A DNA stretch of 64,000 bases from Nitrosopumilus sp. (GTDB lineage Archaea; Thermoproteota; Nitrososphaeria; Nitrososphaerales; Nitrosopumilaceae), in the NCBI GenBank assembly GCA_965218695.1, contig OZ244651.1:2048001-2112000 (forward strand), read 5' to 3'. Positions within the stretch are counted from its first letter, which is position 1. Each line of letters begins with the position of its first letter. A program made the position numbers and the translations under genes. Below, piece after piece: positions 40,154 to 51,569 of this stretch. Under the pieces are notes generated by a model. The model was not told the DNA's origin. It did not search any database and was given only the letters and a program-made list of their open reading frames with translations.

Positions 40154-41571
40154 TCTTGCTGAAGTTTGTCCTTGGGCTGGTTCTTCTTCTTTATCTTGGA
40201 AAATGCAGTCAGGGACAGCTCGACACTTCCCTCAAAGCCCGCCCTTGCATTGACTCCGGTGATATACATGATGTCCCCAAGCTGGCATCCGTCAAGGAGT
40301 GCTGCCTGATCCCTCCATCCCTTCACTGAGATGGGACCTGTATCATCCTCCACATACATCTCCGAGAGTGCGACTAGATCTCCGGACTTTGTCTGGATTT
40401 CGCGCCTCTCGCCGACCTTTAGGACTATGGCCTCGATACAGTAGACCCTGTCAGGCTTTATCTGGTTTATCTTTGTCCTGACTTCTGACAGCGACGGGAT
40501 GGCGCCGTCATCATCCATCTTTCTTACAAACGAGTTATTGTCAAGCGTTACAGAGCTGCCATACACCTTTGAGGGCATAAACTCCACCACATCACCCTCG
40601 ACACACGTGCCTGTCATGTTTGAGGAATCCGTTATGCTGTATATGGTCCTGCCCGAATCCGTCCCGAGTATCAGGTTTCTGCCTCTCTCGGTCCTGTTTA
40701 TGGACAGGATTCTTACGGCCACGGGCTTTATGTCCCCGCCCTTGATCTCAATTACTGTTGCATCATCGCCATGGATCTCCATTCCCTGGTTTCCATTCTT
40801 GACCCTTATTCCGAGCAGCCTTGCCTCCGAAGACTCTTCGATCATGTCTGGAATGCTGGATTCGTCCTTTCCCCAGAGGACTACCGGCATTGCAGCTCCG
40901 CCCTTTCCCCTGAGCCTCATCTTGAGTGCCTTGCCTGGCTGGCCCCTAGAGTTGGTAAACTCCATGCCAAACACCCTTCCTTCAATGACTCCCCTTACCA
41001 CCACATCCTTCTGTCCCTCCTGCAGTTCGCCTACATCCTTTGTAATGGAGTCTATGGACGGAATTGTGCTTTGTGTGTCTGCCGGTTCAATACTGGAACC
41101 TGACCCTACATTGATTGTAGGGGCGCCTGTCATGTCCGATTTTACGTATGCCTTTATTATCCTGACCAAATCACCTGGTCTGAGATCCTCAATTCCTGGA
41201 AGCATTGCCTTTTCATCCCACATCTTTACGCTTGCCGTTGCGTCTGCATCATACACTGTCATGGTTCTGAGGTGGAACGGCGAGCCGTCCTTTCTTGAAA
41301 ACTGCTTTGCCGGCGAGATGTTCAGAACCTTTGCCTCAAGCGTAATCTCCTTTGCACCCGCATACAGATCCTTCAACTCCATCTCTATCTTTTGCGGCGT
41401 TGCAAGATCCAGTCCCATCTCAGATGCAATCAGAAACAGTGCCCCACTGTCAGTCAGGTATCCTGCACCAATCTTGTCCTTCTTTATCCTTATCCTGTCC
41501 CTGATGTCATCTGCTGTCAGTTCAGGTTTGAGCTCAAGCAACTTGCTGAGAAGATCATCATACTCTGTCAA
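40150..41571 (-). CDS. Replication protein A / multi-OB-fold ssDNA-binding protein
   Basis: Repeated OB folds (FSRKDG..D..ASVKMWD; DDTGPISVKGW). Confidence 0.85.
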   Translation of the reverse strand: MTEYDDLLSKLLELKPELTADDIRDRIRIKKDKIGAGYLTDSGALFLIASEMGLDLATPQKIEMELKDLYAGAKEITLEAKVLNISPAKQFSRKDGSPFHLRTMTVYDADATASVKMWDEKAMLPGIEDLRPGDLVRIIKAYVKSDMTGAPTINVGSGSSIEPADTQSTIPSIDSITKDVGELQEGQKDVVVRGVIEGRVFGMEFTNSRGQPGKALKMRLRGKGGAAMPVVLWGKDESSIPDMIEESSEARLLGIRVKNGNQGMEIHGDDATVIEIKGGDIKPVAVRILSINRTERGRNLILGTDSGRTIYSITDSSNMTGTCVEGDVVEFMPSKVYGSSVTLDNNSFVRKMDDDGAIPSLSEVRTKINQIKPDRVYCIEAIVLKVGERREIQTKSGDLVALSEMYVEDDTGPISVKGWRDQAALLDGCQLGDIMYITGVNARAGFEGSVELSLTAFSKIKKKNQPKDKLQQD

Positions 41572-41775
41572 GCATTACGTGGTAACCCAGTTTCATTAAT
41601 AAGAATTTCATTATGGCCGGTCCGGGTCTGGATATGGCAATCTGCACATGCACATGCAGGAGATGCAACCGGCGCTGCAGGCCGGTCATATGTTGCACCA
41701 TCATATCCCAAGGCACGCACAACCTGCCGTGGCTGCAAGAATTGACTAAATAAGCGGCAGCATGATGATCCCTTC

Positions 41776-42714
41776 ATGATGTCCATTGATGTAAGACACC
41801 TCTCAAAGTCGTACGGCTCAGTCAGGGCAGTGGACGACATTACACTTTCAGTCAGACAGGGTCAGGTGTTTGGATTTTTGGGACCCAACGGGGCAGGAAA
41901 GTCAACCTCCATCAAGCTTCTCACTACCCTCATTCCCCCCTCAAGTGGCTCGCTTTCCATACTGGGTGTGGATGCAATAAGGGATCCCCTCAAGGTGCGT
42001 CACAGGATAGGAGTTGTGCTACAACAACCAAGCTACGAGTCGACGCTCTCCGTTGAGAAGGCCCTTGACAAGTACGGAATGATGTGGAACGTGTCAAGGA
42101 GAGAGCGCCGGATCAGGACAGAACAACTGTTGAAGGATTTTGATCTTGTAGCGATCAGAAAGAAACGAAACGAGGATCTCTCCATAGGACAACGGAGAAG
42201 GGTTCAGGTGGCCCGCGAGTTCATGCACGACATGGATCTTCTGTTTCTGGACGAGCCTACTGCCGGACTGGATCCCGGCGCCAGGCGAAACCTGTTGGAC
42301 TACCTAAAGGACAGGGTGCGCGACGGACTTACAATATTCTACACCACACACATACTGACTGAGGCCGAGTATCTCTGTGACGAGATTGCAATAATCGATC
42401 ATGGGAGGATACTTACTGTTGACACTCCTGATGCGCTAAAGAACAGATTTGGCAAGGAGAAGACCATCAAGATCCATCTCTCAAAGAGGATGCCGGAGGT
42501 ATCCCCACTGCTCTCTAGAATACCGGACTGCAGAATTAGTCTTGAGAGTGGGACTGACATCATAATATATTCAGTACAGTCGGAACTGGTGCTGCAGCAG
42601 GTATTGAAGATACTCAGTGACAACCATATTACAGTAGATGATCTCTCGGCGGTTCCGACAAACCTTGAGGAGATATTTCTAAAGATGGTGGGGAAGAATG
42701 CACCCGATAATTAG
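41776..42714 (+). CDS. ABC transporter ATP-binding protein
   Basis: GPNGAGKS, LSIGQ, FLDEPT. Confidence 0.95.
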   Translation: MMSIDVRHLSKSYGSVRAVDDITLSVRQGQVFGFLGPNGAGKSTSIKLLTTLIPPSSGSLSILGVDAIRDPLKVRHRIGVVLQQPSYESTLSVEKALDKYGMMWNVSRRERRIRTEQLLKDFDLVAIRKKRNEDLSIGQRRRVQVAREFMHDMDLLFLDEPTAGLDPGARRNLLDYLKDRVRDGLTIFYTTHILTEAEYLCDEIAIIDHGRILTVDTPDALKNRFGKEKTIKIHLSKRMPEVSPLLSRIPDCRISLESGTDIIIYSVQSELVLQQVLKILSDNHITVDDLSAVPTNLEEIFLKMVGKNAPDN

Positions 42715-43459
42715 ACTTGTCAACCGAAACCTCACGGTATCCCTCAATCCAGGGTTCTTGATATGGCAGGTCATATTCCCGTTGATCTACATCTTTATTG
42801 CAGGATTTGCCTATGCCCAGCTGATCCCCGAGGTTCAGTTCGGCTCAAAGGGTCTGAGCTATCCGGCGTTTCTGGCATCAGGAATGATCGGGTTTAACAT
42901 CATGAATAGCACGCTCATATCCGGCATACTCATCTGGAACGACAGACGGAACGGGATGTTTGAGCAGATAATGTCCGGACCGTTCACCAGAAGCCACTAC
43001 ATACTTGGCAACATATGCACGATAGGCATAATCGGCCTGATTAGTGCAGCCATGATAGCCTTGGTCGGGTTCCCCGTATTCGTCGGGTCCATAGAGTTCT
43101 CACTGATTACCATCCCACTGATAGTGTTTGGTGCGGTTGCAGGCTCCGTGCTGTTTGGATCGCTGGCATCGATAATCTCTACAAGAATGCGCTCAAGCGA
43201 GGGGTTTAACGTGATAATCAACACCGTCTTTCTGTTCTTTGCGTTTGTCAGCACGGCGTTTTATCCTGCAGAGGGGGTACCCGAGCCGCTGCGTACGGCA
43301 TTCTACCTGAACCCACTGACCTATCTTGTAGACGTGATCAGGGCCGGAATCTTTGGAACCTTTACCGAGTTTGTCATTGTTGAGATTGCAGTTCTTGCTG
43401 GTCTGGCATCTGTGCTGTTCATAGTTGCATCCAGACTCCTCACAAGACTGGACTTTTAA
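42698..43459 (+). CDS. ABC-2 type permease
   Basis: About six TM segments, STAFYP, LNPLTY. Confidence 0.92.
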   Translation: MHPIIRLVNRNLTVSLNPGFLIWQVIFPLIYIFIAGFAYAQLIPEVQFGSKGLSYPAFLASGMIGFNIMNSTLISGILIWNDRRNGMFEQIMSGPFTRSHYILGNICTIGIIGLISAAMIALVGFPVFVGSIEFSLITIPLIVFGAVAGSVLFGSLASIISTRMRSSEGFNVIINTVFLFFAFVSTAFYPAEGVPEPLRTAFYLNPLTYLVDVIRAGIFGTFTEFVIVEIAVLAGLASVLFIVASRLLTRLDF

Positions 43460-43622
43460 TATCCTGCAGGCCTCCGGTACAACCAGTTTGTGCATCAGGT
43501 ACTGTCATGACATCCATGGATGCCAGACCATGTTTTAGAGCAGTGCACCGCCCCGGCATGTCGGTTTTAAGTCATTGAACTTTAGAAGTTTTTGGATGCA
43601 AGGGACTGCAACCTCAGGTGTA

Positions 43623-43695
43623 TAGCCCGGCCCAGATTCGAACTGGGGTCGAGGGCTCCAAAGGCCCCCATGCTTGACCACTACACTACCGGGCT
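43623..43695 (-). tRNA. tRNA-Gln(TTG)
   Basis: Minus strand AGCCCGG..CCGGGCT, anticodon arm GGGGC-CTTTGGA-GCCCT, TTCGAAT loop. Confidence 0.96.
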
Positions 43696-43790
43696 GCAAG
43701 ATCGAGCACGTTTGTTCCCTTAATGAACTTTCTATGTGGCGTATTGTCCAGAAAGCAGCACACCCCCTCTCCCGGAAATGCGCAGGATCC

Positions 43791-45082
43791 CAGTTAAGTC
43801 AAATGTGCACCAAATGAACCCGATTAGGCTGGAACCGAAACAGATCTATGAAAGTGCGTTCCAGATGACATATTGCGACCAAACAAACGCCACCTGAAAC
43901 GCAACATTGGACACAATGTTTCCATATATTCACGTATCTACGTGGCCATGCTGGGGGGCCTGTCGTGCATCAGTTTTTCGGACAGGTACAACACCGTCTA
44001 CGATCCCGAAATATTCCACAAGATGATGATAAAGGCGGTGATGACCGGCTCCAACCTGACGTCGGTCGTAACAGCCATCCGGGAGTCGAGGATGGCGACT
44101 TCTGCACGGAACCCCCGCATGCCGACTGCAGAGTGGTTCAGGCAACGCACAAAGAACGTAGAGACTGGTCTCGCGGAAGGATGCATCGGCACGATCATAT
44201 CCGGGCAGGTCGCCTCGATCAGGGCAGCAGGAAGGTTCCCAAAAAGACCCGTCGTGGCAATAGACAAGCACCTCATACCGCGGTACGACAAAAAATGGGA
44301 GAACAAGCTGGTGCGCAGCAAGCGCAAGGGTGGCACGAACGTGTTTGAGACGTACATCACGGCCCAATGCGTCAACGCGGGCTCGCGGCTGAACCTTGCG
44401 GTCCTGAACATGACGCAGCACTCCTTGAATGCAGTTTTCGTGCGTAAAATCATCGAACAAGTCAGGCATGCAGGCGTAAACCCCAGACTGTTCTTGCTTG
44501 ACCGCGAGTTTTACTCCACGGACGTGATCAGGACGCTTGACTCCACGGGAGTGCGGTACCTGATTCCGTGCATCAACACAGGTCCCATCAAGAAGGCTCT
44601 GGCACACCATGCATCCACCGGATCCAAAAAGGTATCCAAGATGAGCATCTCCAACCCCGACAAGATCAGCGCGTCATACTATGGAATCATCGTCCCAAGA
44701 AAGAGAATCAGCAAAAAGAAGAAAGAAAAGAAGGATCTAAAGCCTGAAGAAAAATTCATCATGTTTGCCACGAACGCCCCCTGGCTTGACGTTGAAAAGT
44801 ACGCCATGCGCTGGGGGATAGAGACCGGATACCGGATGATCGAAAATACCCGGATAAAGACCTCGAGCGCCGGCGTGGCCCCCAGGACGATTTACTTTGC
44901 GTACGCGCTGCTCATGTACAACATGTGGGTGTGCGCAAACGTCGAGTTGGCACAATCCCGATGGGACGGCGAGCCAGTCATTGCACAGATCACATTTTTG
45001 GAGACCTTGATGATGGCCATGTTCGAGATCAAACCGGAGCCTGAACCGCCTCCGTAGTTGGGGCGCACATTTGACTTAACTG
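43791..45082 (+). mobile_element. ISH3-family element
   Basis: Perfect 18-bp TIR CAGTTAAGTCAAATGTGC; 5-bp TSD GATCC (43786-43790, 45083-45087). Confidence 0.94.
43873..45057 (+). CDS. ISH3/IS4-like transposase (start uncertain)
   Basis: VAIDKHLIP, LLDREFYS, RWGIETGYR; homologous to 13667-14953. Confidence 0.92.
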   Translation: MRPNKRHLKRNIGHNVSIYSRIYVAMLGGLSCISFSDRYNTVYDPEIFHKMMIKAVMTGSNLTSVVTAIRESRMATSARNPRMPTAEWFRQRTKNVETGLAEGCIGTIISGQVASIRAAGRFPKRPVVAIDKHLIPRYDKKWENKLVRSKRKGGTNVFETYITAQCVNAGSRLNLAVLNMTQHSLNAVFVRKIIEQVRHAGVNPRLFLLDREFYSTDVIRTLDSTGVRYLIPCINTGPIKKALAHHASTGSKKVSKMSISNPDKISASYYGIIVPRKRISKKKKEKKDLKPEEKFIMFATNAPWLDVEKYAMRWGIETGYRMIENTRIKTSSAGVAPRTIYFAYALLMYNMWVCANVELAQSRWDGEPVIAQITFLETLMMAMFEIKPEPEPPP

Positions 45083-45226
45083 GATCCTGGTTTATTCCTT
45101 AATTGTCTGTCTGTACGTCCAAAGAACGCGTATACCCGGGAGCAGAAGTGCTGACCTGCGTACTCAAATCCTGCATTATACGAGTTTGTTCAATAAGTTT
45201 TTTTGTTCTATCATGTTTGTACTTGC

Positions 45227-46366
45227 ATGGGGATAGCCAAGGTAGTGGTGTATGGTCTCAGTACGGAAGGATATGCTATTGCATGTCAGATGGCGATCAG
45301 GGGCGCAAATGTCTGCATAATAGACGAGTCCACCACCTCTGCAATCCAGATCTCAGCAGAGATTGCAAGAACCTATCCTGATGTATCCTCCTTCAAGGAG
45401 GACGAACCCATACTGCCGATGGAACCTATCAATACGGCCATCTCACGTGCACAATACCTCTTCTTTACCCCACTGATCCGGCAGACTGGCCAGGACATCA
45501 GAATCGAGATCAGTTCCAAATTCAAGGATGCAACTACCCCGCTGAAGAGGAACAGTTCGGTGGTATTTTCGCTCCCAACTAGACTTGGTGGCAACAGCGA
45601 AACCATTACACTGCTTGAGCATGTGACGGGCTTTGAGGTGGGAAAGAGCATCTCATACTTTTATTATCCACTGAACGACCAGAGCAGGCAGCCCAGATTT
45701 ATTGGCTCCTTCAACGGAAAGAATGACGAGATTCTGTCCGGCCTGCTTGCAAGCGGCAAGAAGGAGAAAAAGTTTGTCACAATCACATCATCTGAGAACT
45801 TTCATGCAATTGACGTCCTGACAGGATTCTCGAATCTCTGCAGTATTCTGGAGACTTGCAGACACGTACCTGACGAGACCACGAGGAACAACATGGCGTC
45901 TGACGGTTTTGAGGATATGTTTCTAGACGGGATGGTCAGTGGCCTGTTTGATCTCAAGATACTGACCTCGTCCCTTGAGAGGACAAACACGCTGATGTAT
46001 CTGATTAACGGAGGCGTCAAGGGCATTGACGGTTACATTAAGCGATTGACTGATGAGATTCGTGCTATACTAAAGAAGAACGAGATCAAGGCAAGCCGGA
46101 CCAAGGTGGTGCTGTGCTGGGCACTTGACCGGTATGCAATGCGCGGAGACAAGATTGAGATACGTCACATGCTGGCATCCCGACTCAGGGACTATATAGG
46201 CGATGTTGAGATGCATGGAGAACATGACTTTGACATGTACCACACAGACAAGACCACCATCTTTGTAGTGTGTACCAAGTCTGATCTTGAAAACACCCGC
46301 AAGATCGGAGGTGACTTGGCCCTGATGATTGTAAAGGCCAATCCGATGTGCGATGTAATTCAATAA
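45227..46366 (+). CDS. Divergent nucleotide-sugar dehydrogenase-like protein
   Basis: Rossmann-like KVVVYGLSTEG; overall resemblance only. Confidence 0.6.
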   Translation: MGIAKVVVYGLSTEGYAIACQMAIRGANVCIIDESTTSAIQISAEIARTYPDVSSFKEDEPILPMEPINTAISRAQYLFFTPLIRQTGQDIRIEISSKFKDATTPLKRNSSVVFSLPTRLGGNSETITLLEHVTGFEVGKSISYFYYPLNDQSRQPRFIGSFNGKNDEILSGLLASGKKEKKFVTITSSENFHAIDVLTGFSNLCSILETCRHVPDETTRNNMASDGFEDMFLDGMVSGLFDLKILTSSLERTNTLMYLINGGVKGIDGYIKRLTDEIRAILKKNEIKASRTKVVLCWALDRYAMRGDKIEIRHMLASRLRDYIGDVEMHGEHDFDMYHTDKTTIFVVCTKSDLENTRKIGGDLALMIVKANPMCDVIQ

Positions 46367-46397
46367 GCGTATAAATTAGATTGGTCGGCATTCTGAA

Positions 46398-46979
46398 TTG
46401 ATATTGTCCAAAACCAATCCAGACGAAATTCCCGCAGACGAGCCACCCGGGGAGCCATTTGACGAGCCACCCGGGGAGCCATTTGACGAGCCACCCGGGG
46501 AGCCATTTGAGAATGTGGCAGAGCCTGAACCCGATATGCTGGATCGGGAGAGAGCCAAAACTGCCGAGTATGAGGAGAAGCTGAAGCGGGCACTTGCAGA
46601 CTATGAGAACCTGTCCAGAAAGATGCAGTCTGACATAGAGGGCGGCATTCGTGCAAAGATAGACGAGTTCGTACTGGATCTTCTCAAGATACATGACGAC
46701 TTTGTCAGGGCCATCACCGTCTTTGCAGAAAACGGGGTCAAGACAGACGGTCTTGACTCCATCCTGAAAAACATGGACTCGATGCTCAAAAAGTACGACG
46801 TATCTCCGATCGATGCACTCGGGGAGATCTTTGATCCAAATCTTCACGAGGCAGTGTCCGTGGTGGATGATCCCGATCTGGATGATGGCACCATCGTCAG
46901 AGAGATTCGGAAAGGATATATTTCTCACAACTTAGCAGTAAGACCGTCGCTAGTGGAAATTTCAAAAAGGAGTGTGTAA
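46398..46979 (+). CDS. grpE: Nucleotide exchange factor GrpE
   Basis: [25 protein letters not shown]. Confidence 0.95.
   Translation: MILSKTNPDEIPADEPPGEPFDEPPGEPFDEPPGEPFENVAEPEPDMLDRERAKTAEYEEKLKRALADYENLSRKMQSDIEGGIRAKIDEFVLDLLKIHDDFVRAITVFAENGVKTDGLDSILKNMDSMLKKYDVSPIDALGEIFDPNLHEAVSVVDDPDLDDGTIVREIRKGYISHNLAVRPSLVEISKRSV
46437..46510 (+). repeat. 3 x 24-bp perfect tandem repeat (DEPPGEPF) in grpE
   Basis: GACGAGCCACCCGGGGAGCCATTT x3. Confidence 0.95.
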
Positions 46980-46980
46980 A

Positions 46981-48906
46981 ATGGCTAAAATAATCGGTAT
47001 TGATCTAGGAACCAGTAACTCTGCTGCTTCTGTTGTAATGGGTGGAAAACCCACAATCATACCTGCAGCCGAGGGTGTGACTGTCGGAGGAAAGGCATTT
47101 CCATCCGTTGTGGCGTTTTCCAAGACCGGCGATCTGCTGATAGGAGAGCCTGCAAGAAGACAGGCTGTGACAAACCCGGACTCCACCATAGTTGCAGCCA
47201 AGAGAAAGATGGGGTCTGATCACACGTTTCGGATTCTGGACAAAGAGTACAAACCCCAACAGATCTCCGCATTCATTCTGCAAAAGATAAAAAAAGACGC
47301 CGAGGCGTTCATCGGGGAACCAGTAGAGAAGGCTGTGATTACAGTTCCTGCGTACTTTGATGACAACCAGCGCCAAGCAACCAAGGATGCCGGAACGATT
47401 GCCGGCCTTGACGTAGTCCGGATTATTAATGAGCCGACTGCAGCATCCCTGGCCTTTGGACTGGACAAGGCAGAGGAGGACATGAAGATTCTTGTGTTTG
47501 ACTTTGGAGGGGGCACGCTAGATGTTACTGTAATGGAGATGGGCGGCGGTGTCTTTGAGGTGATGAGCACGTCCGGGGATACCCAGCTTGGTGGCACCGA
47601 CATGGATCAGTCCATAATTAATTACATTGTAGACGAGTTCAAAAAGAAGGAGGGCATTGATCTGTCTCCAGACACGACTGCAATGACCCGAATCCGGGAG
47701 GCTTCTGAGAAGGCCAAGATTGAACTGTCGACTGTAATGGAAACTGACATCAACCTGCCGTTCATCTCACACGACCCCTCATCAGGGGCCAAGAACCTTG
47801 AACTGAGGGTTACTCGGGCCAAGCTTGATGATCTCATCTCCCCAATTGTAGAGCGGTGCAAGCCGTCGATACTCAAGGCGCTTGAAGATGCAAAACTTAC
47901 CGCCTCTGACATAAACAAGATTGTCATGGTAGGCGGCCCCACAAGAATGCCTATAGTAAGGCGGTTTGTCAGCGATGTAATCGGAAAGGATGCAGAATCA
48001 GGCGTTGACCCAATGGAGGCAGTAGCAATGGGCGCTGCAATCCAGGCAGGAATAATCGCAGGCGACGTTACCAGCGATATAGTCCTTCTTGATGTTACCC
48101 CTTTGACACTGGGAATTGAAACCCTTGGGGGAGTCAGGGAGCCACTAATTGAGAGAAACACCACCATTCCAACATCCAAAAGCAAGGTGTTTACCACTGC
48201 AGCAGACAACCAGACAGCCGTGACCATCCATGTGGTTCAGGGCGAACGCCCAATGGCAACTGATAACGTTTCGCTGGGAAGCTTCAACCTGACTGATCTT
48301 CCACCAGCTCCAAGGGGAGTACCGCAGATTGAAGTCAAGTTTGATATCGACGCAAACGGAATAATCAACGTCACTGCAAAGGATCTTGGAACGCAAAAGG
48401 AGGCCAAGATCACCATTGAGTCTTCCTCAAAACTCTCCAAGGATGATATTGAGAAGCTAAAGAAGGATGCAGAGAAGTTCTCCGAGGAGGACAAGAAGAA
48501 GAAAGAGAGCATTGATCTCAAAAATGAGGCGGAGAGCTACATCTACACCACTGAGAAGCTGATCAACCACGATCTCAAGGACAAGATTACCCAGGAACAG
48601 GGAATTAAGATTACTGATGCTGTCAGAGAGGTCAAGGAGGCCCTGAACAAGGATGCCTCGGAACTAAAGCCCAAACTTGATGCATTGCAGGCACTTGTTA
48701 CCGAAGTGACAGTAGAACTTTACAAGAATGCAGCCCCTCCAGGTGGCGGGGAGGGGGCAGGTCCCGGAGACCAGGGCACATCAGGACCAAACCCTGAGGA
48801 CTTTGGCACGTCAGAACCAAACTCTGGAGACCAAGGCACGTCAGAACCAAACTCTGGAGACCAAAATACCGGAGACTCGCATGAATCTGACACTACAAAA
48901 TCCTAA
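46981..48906 (+). CDS. dnaK: Chaperone DnaK
   Basis: [28 protein letters not shown]. Confidence 0.98.
   Translation: MAKIIGIDLGTSNSAASVVMGGKPTIIPAAEGVTVGGKAFPSVVAFSKTGDLLIGEPARRQAVTNPDSTIVAAKRKMGSDHTFRILDKEYKPQQISAFILQKIKKDAEAFIGEPVEKAVITVPAYFDDNQRQATKDAGTIAGLDVVRIINEPTAASLAFGLDKAEEDMKILVFDFGGGTLDVTVMEMGGGVFEVMSTSGDTQLGGTDMDQSIINYIVDEFKKKEGIDLSPDTTAMTRIREASEKAKIELSTVMETDINLPFISHDPSSGAKNLELRVTRAKLDDLISPIVERCKPSILKALEDAKLTASDINKIVMVGGPTRMPIVRRFVSDVIGKDAESGVDPMEAVAMGAAIQAGIIAGDVTSDIVLLDVTPLTLGIETLGGVREPLIERNTTIPTSKSKVFTTAADNQTAVTIHVVQGERPMATDNVSLGSFNLTDLPPAPRGVPQIEVKFDIDANGIINVTAKDLGTQKEAKITIESSSKLSKDDIEKLKKDAEKFSEEDKKKKESIDLKNEAESYIYTTEKLINHDLKDKITQEQGIKITDAVREVKEALNKDASELKPKLDALQALVTEVTVELYKNAAPPGGGEGAGPGDQGTSGPNPEDFGTSEPNSGDQGTSEPNSGDQNTGDSHESDTTKS
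48775..48864 (+). repeat. 3 x 30-bp tandem repeat ([10 protein letters not shown]-like) in dnaK tail
   Basis: GGCACGTCAGAACCAAACTCTGGAGACCAA x2 plus one degenerate unit. Confidence 0.9.
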
Positions 48907-48952
48907 ACTGCAAAACTCTAAAATTTATACTGAATTACTAAAATGATGAGTC

Positions 48953-50032
48953 ATGGCTGCAAAACGCGATTACTATGAGGTTCTGGGGATCTCAAAGGAA
49001 ACCACCCCAGACGAGATTAAAAAACAGTACAGAAAACTCGCATTAAAGTTTCATCCGGATCGCAACAAATCCTCGGAGGCAGTAGAACACTTCAAGGAGA
49101 TCTCCGAGGCATACGCAGTCCTGTCTGATGCCGAAAAGAGGCAGATTTATGATCAACACGGTCACGCAGGAGTGGACGGACGATACAGCAGCGAGGATAT
49201 CTTCCAGGGTGCACGCGGCAACTTTAGTGATGTCTTTGGCAGCAGCGGTGGTGGGTTCAATTCCATCTTCGAGTCCCTCTTTGGAGGCGGCCGATCCGGT
49301 TTTGGTAGGCACAAGGGATCGGATCTCCTCTACGAGACCTCAGTTACATTAGAGGATGTCCTTAATGGCAAGGAGGTCAGGATTGATCTGCAAAAGCAGA
49401 TTCAGTGTGGCAGCTGCAAGGGTTCTGGATGCAAACCTGGTACTTCCAGAAAGCAGTGTGTGAGTTGTGGCGGCCACGGACAGGTGCGCCAGACCCGCAA
49501 CGTCGGGTTTGCCTCGTTTGTCACAGCCATGCCATGTAACACATGCAGGGGCAGGGGCTCGATAATCCAGACCCCATGCAGCCAGTGCAAGGGACAGGGA
49601 AAGAGCCGCGGCAAAAAAGAGGTCAAGTTTACAATTCCCCCCGGAATCGAATCCGGCGATTACAACGTGTCCGGAGAGGGAGACGAGATTCCCGACGGTC
49701 CCAACGGCGATCTGATAGTCCGGATCCGGGTACAGCCGCACCCCCACTTTAAGCGCGACGGCAGAGAGATCTATTACGATCAGGATGTCTCGATGGTTGA
49801 TTCAGCACTCGGGTGCGAGATAATAGTCCCAACATTGCAAGGCACCGAGAGGATCAAGGTCGACTCGGGCAGTCAACCAAACACCATAATCAGGTTGCGG
49901 GGCAAGGGCGTGCCGCACATAGGATCCAGAGGAAGAGGGGATCAACACGTCCGTATCGTGGTAAACATACCCAAAAAACTCAACAAACACCAGAAGAATC
50001 TTCTGCGCGAGTTCAAGCAGACCGGTGATTGA
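48953..50032 (+). CDS. dnaJ: Chaperone DnaJ
   Basis: HPD J-domain, four CxxCxGxG. Confidence 0.98.
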   Translation: MAAKRDYYEVLGISKETTPDEIKKQYRKLALKFHPDRNKSSEAVEHFKEISEAYAVLSDAEKRQIYDQHGHAGVDGRYSSEDIFQGARGNFSDVFGSSGGGFNSIFESLFGGGRSGFGRHKGSDLLYETSVTLEDVLNGKEVRIDLQKQIQCGSCKGSGCKPGTSRKQCVSCGGHGQVRQTRNVGFASFVTAMPCNTCRGRGSIIQTPCSQCKGQGKSRGKKEVKFTIPPGIESGDYNVSGEGDEIPDGPNGDLIVRIRVQPHPHFKRDGREIYYDQDVSMVDSALGCEIIVPTLQGTERIKVDSGSQPNTIIRLRGKGVPHIGSRGRGDQHVRIVVNIPKKLNKHQKNLLREFKQTGD

Positions 50033-50039
50033 TGGGTAA

Positions 50040-50585
50040 ATGAGGATTGCACTGGATTTAGACGGCGTGCTTGCCGACGTGATACTGCCGTGGATAGCCT
50101 ACAACAACACAATCAGACTCCCAATAACAAAACACGACATAACTGACTGGATGTTCTGGAAGAGACTGAAGATTAAACCCGAGCAGTTTTATGCAGAGCT
50201 TGGAATGTGCTGGAAGGACTGGAGATCTATCCCTGTAACCGAGGAAGGCCTGTCAGATACTACAAGGCGCCTCTCCGAACTGGGGCAGGTGGATATTGTC
50301 ACTGCACGGGAGCCATTCACCGACTCTTTTGTGAGGGAATGGCTGGCCCATCACAGGATAGCGTATGACGGGTACGTATCTGTGGCTACGGGGACGATGA
50401 AGGCTGGTCTGAATTATGATGTCTTCATTGACGACTCTCCTCTGAATGCACAGGAGTTCGTCCGGCGCGGCAGATCCGTCATACTGTATGCCCAGCCGTG
50501 GAACAGCCACATCCAGGAAGGGATCCCCCGGGTTGCAGACCTGAAAGAGGCTGTCCGGAGAGTCAGTCTTTTGAAAACTTCCTGA
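50040..50585 (+). CDS. HAD-family 5'(3')-nucleotidase (NT5C-like)
   Basis: DLDGV, VTAR, FIDDS, PWN. Confidence 0.85.
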   Translation: MRIALDLDGVLADVILPWIAYNNTIRLPITKHDITDWMFWKRLKIKPEQFYAELGMCWKDWRSIPVTEEGLSDTTRRLSELGQVDIVTAREPFTDSFVREWLAHHRIAYDGYVSVATGTMKAGLNYDVFIDDSPLNAQEFVRRGRSVILYAQPWNSHIQEGIPRVADLKEAVRRVSLLKTS

Positions 50586-50727
50586 TGTTTATCCTGTGGC
50601 CTTCCCTGACGTGTATGGAGTGAGACGCCTTTAACACTTCCCCAATCTTGTCATCATTGTAAAACTTGATGTTGTAGCGTCCCAATATCTTCTTGCAGCT
50701 GGTGCAGTAGATCTCCCTGAACTCCAT
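50563..50727 (-). CDS. Small CxxC/His protein (54 aa; not in ORF track)
   Basis: Manual translation MEFREIYCTSCKKILGRYNIKFYNDDKIGEVLKASHSIHVREGHRINIRKFSKD; TATA-like sequence upstream. Confidence 0.7.
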   Translation of the reverse strand: MEFREIYCTSCKKILGRYNIKFYNDDKIGEVLKASHSIHVREGHRINIRKFSKD

Positions 50728-50790
50728 CTGCCATCCTGACGCGTCTGTCGTATAATAAAGAACTTATTCAGGATATCAGAAAACCATGTT

Positions 50791-50878
50791 GCGGGAGTCG
50801 CCCAGCCTGGTCAACGGCGTAAGGTTCAGGTCCTTATCTCTCAGGAGTTCGTGGGTTCAAATCCCATCTCCCGCACCA
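50791..50878 (+). tRNA. tRNA-Leu(CAG), CCA encoded
   Basis: GCGGGAG/CTCCCGC, anticodon arm TAAGG-TTCAGGT-CCTTA, long variable arm. Confidence 0.96.
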
Positions 50879-51198
50879 TTTCATGCATCACTTCTAGATT
50901 CATATAGTTTCAAACTGAATGAGATCTGTTGGAGACGCATCGAAAACTTATGGTACTTGGAGCCGTCCTGCTGGCCGGAACCCTGATACTGAACCATTAC
51001 GACTATGAGATTCCCGGAATACAGGTCAGCTATGCGTATGTGACCGGATTTGGGATGCTTGCGTGTTTTGCAGGCAGCCTGGTCATGTTTACAAAAGATA
51101 AGATATGACACAAAGATCCTTGTGCATGTACTCCCATGAATGGAGCAAGACTGCAGTGCTTGAGTGAAGGTTATAAGCAATTACTTGATCTTGCGATC

Positions 51199-51564
51199 AT
51201 GCCAGACAATGAGATCGCGGTTCCCAAGGAGATAAGGGAGTTTATGCCTGAAGGCGCAGAGGAGACCGTCTTGGGCCAGAAGAACGGAGCACGTAGGCAG
51301 TACCGGTACGGCAACCTGCACATAAGAGAGTATGATGACAAGTTTCTGGTTCACACCGACAGGGTTGATCCCAGGATAGATCCCATTGGACATCTGGTGA
51401 CTGATGCCCCGGAGGTTCTGGCAGGTCTGGCATGTGCAATATTTTCCGGTTCCCTGACTGCGGGAAGCAGGAAGCCGTCCCTTGCCTCAAGACTGGCACT
51501 GTCTGCTGTTTCGGGGTATCTGGGATATGTTGCAGCCAAAAAAATCAAGGATCGCATGGGGTAG
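51199..51564 (+). CDS. Hypothetical protein
   Basis: QYRYGNLHIREYDDKFLVHTDRVDP..PIGHL, hydrophobic C-terminus. Confidence 0.75.
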   Translation: MPDNEIAVPKEIREFMPEGAEETVLGQKNGARRQYRYGNLHIREYDDKFLVHTDRVDPRIDPIGHLVTDAPEVLAGLACAIFSGSLTAGSRKPSLASRLALSAVSGYLGYVAAKKIKDRMG

Positions 51565-51569
51565 ATGCC

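Noticed and set aside
40499-41599. Long antisense ORFs (also 28403-29314, 53729-54853, 15759-16622)
   Set aside because: Shadows of well-supported genes with no motifs of their own.
46437-46510. Repeat array as possible CRISPR
   Set aside because: Contiguous in-frame 24-bp units with no spacers, inside grpE.
50879-51198. Integrated element downstream of tRNA-Leu
   Set aside because: No integrase or duplicated tRNA 3' end found.
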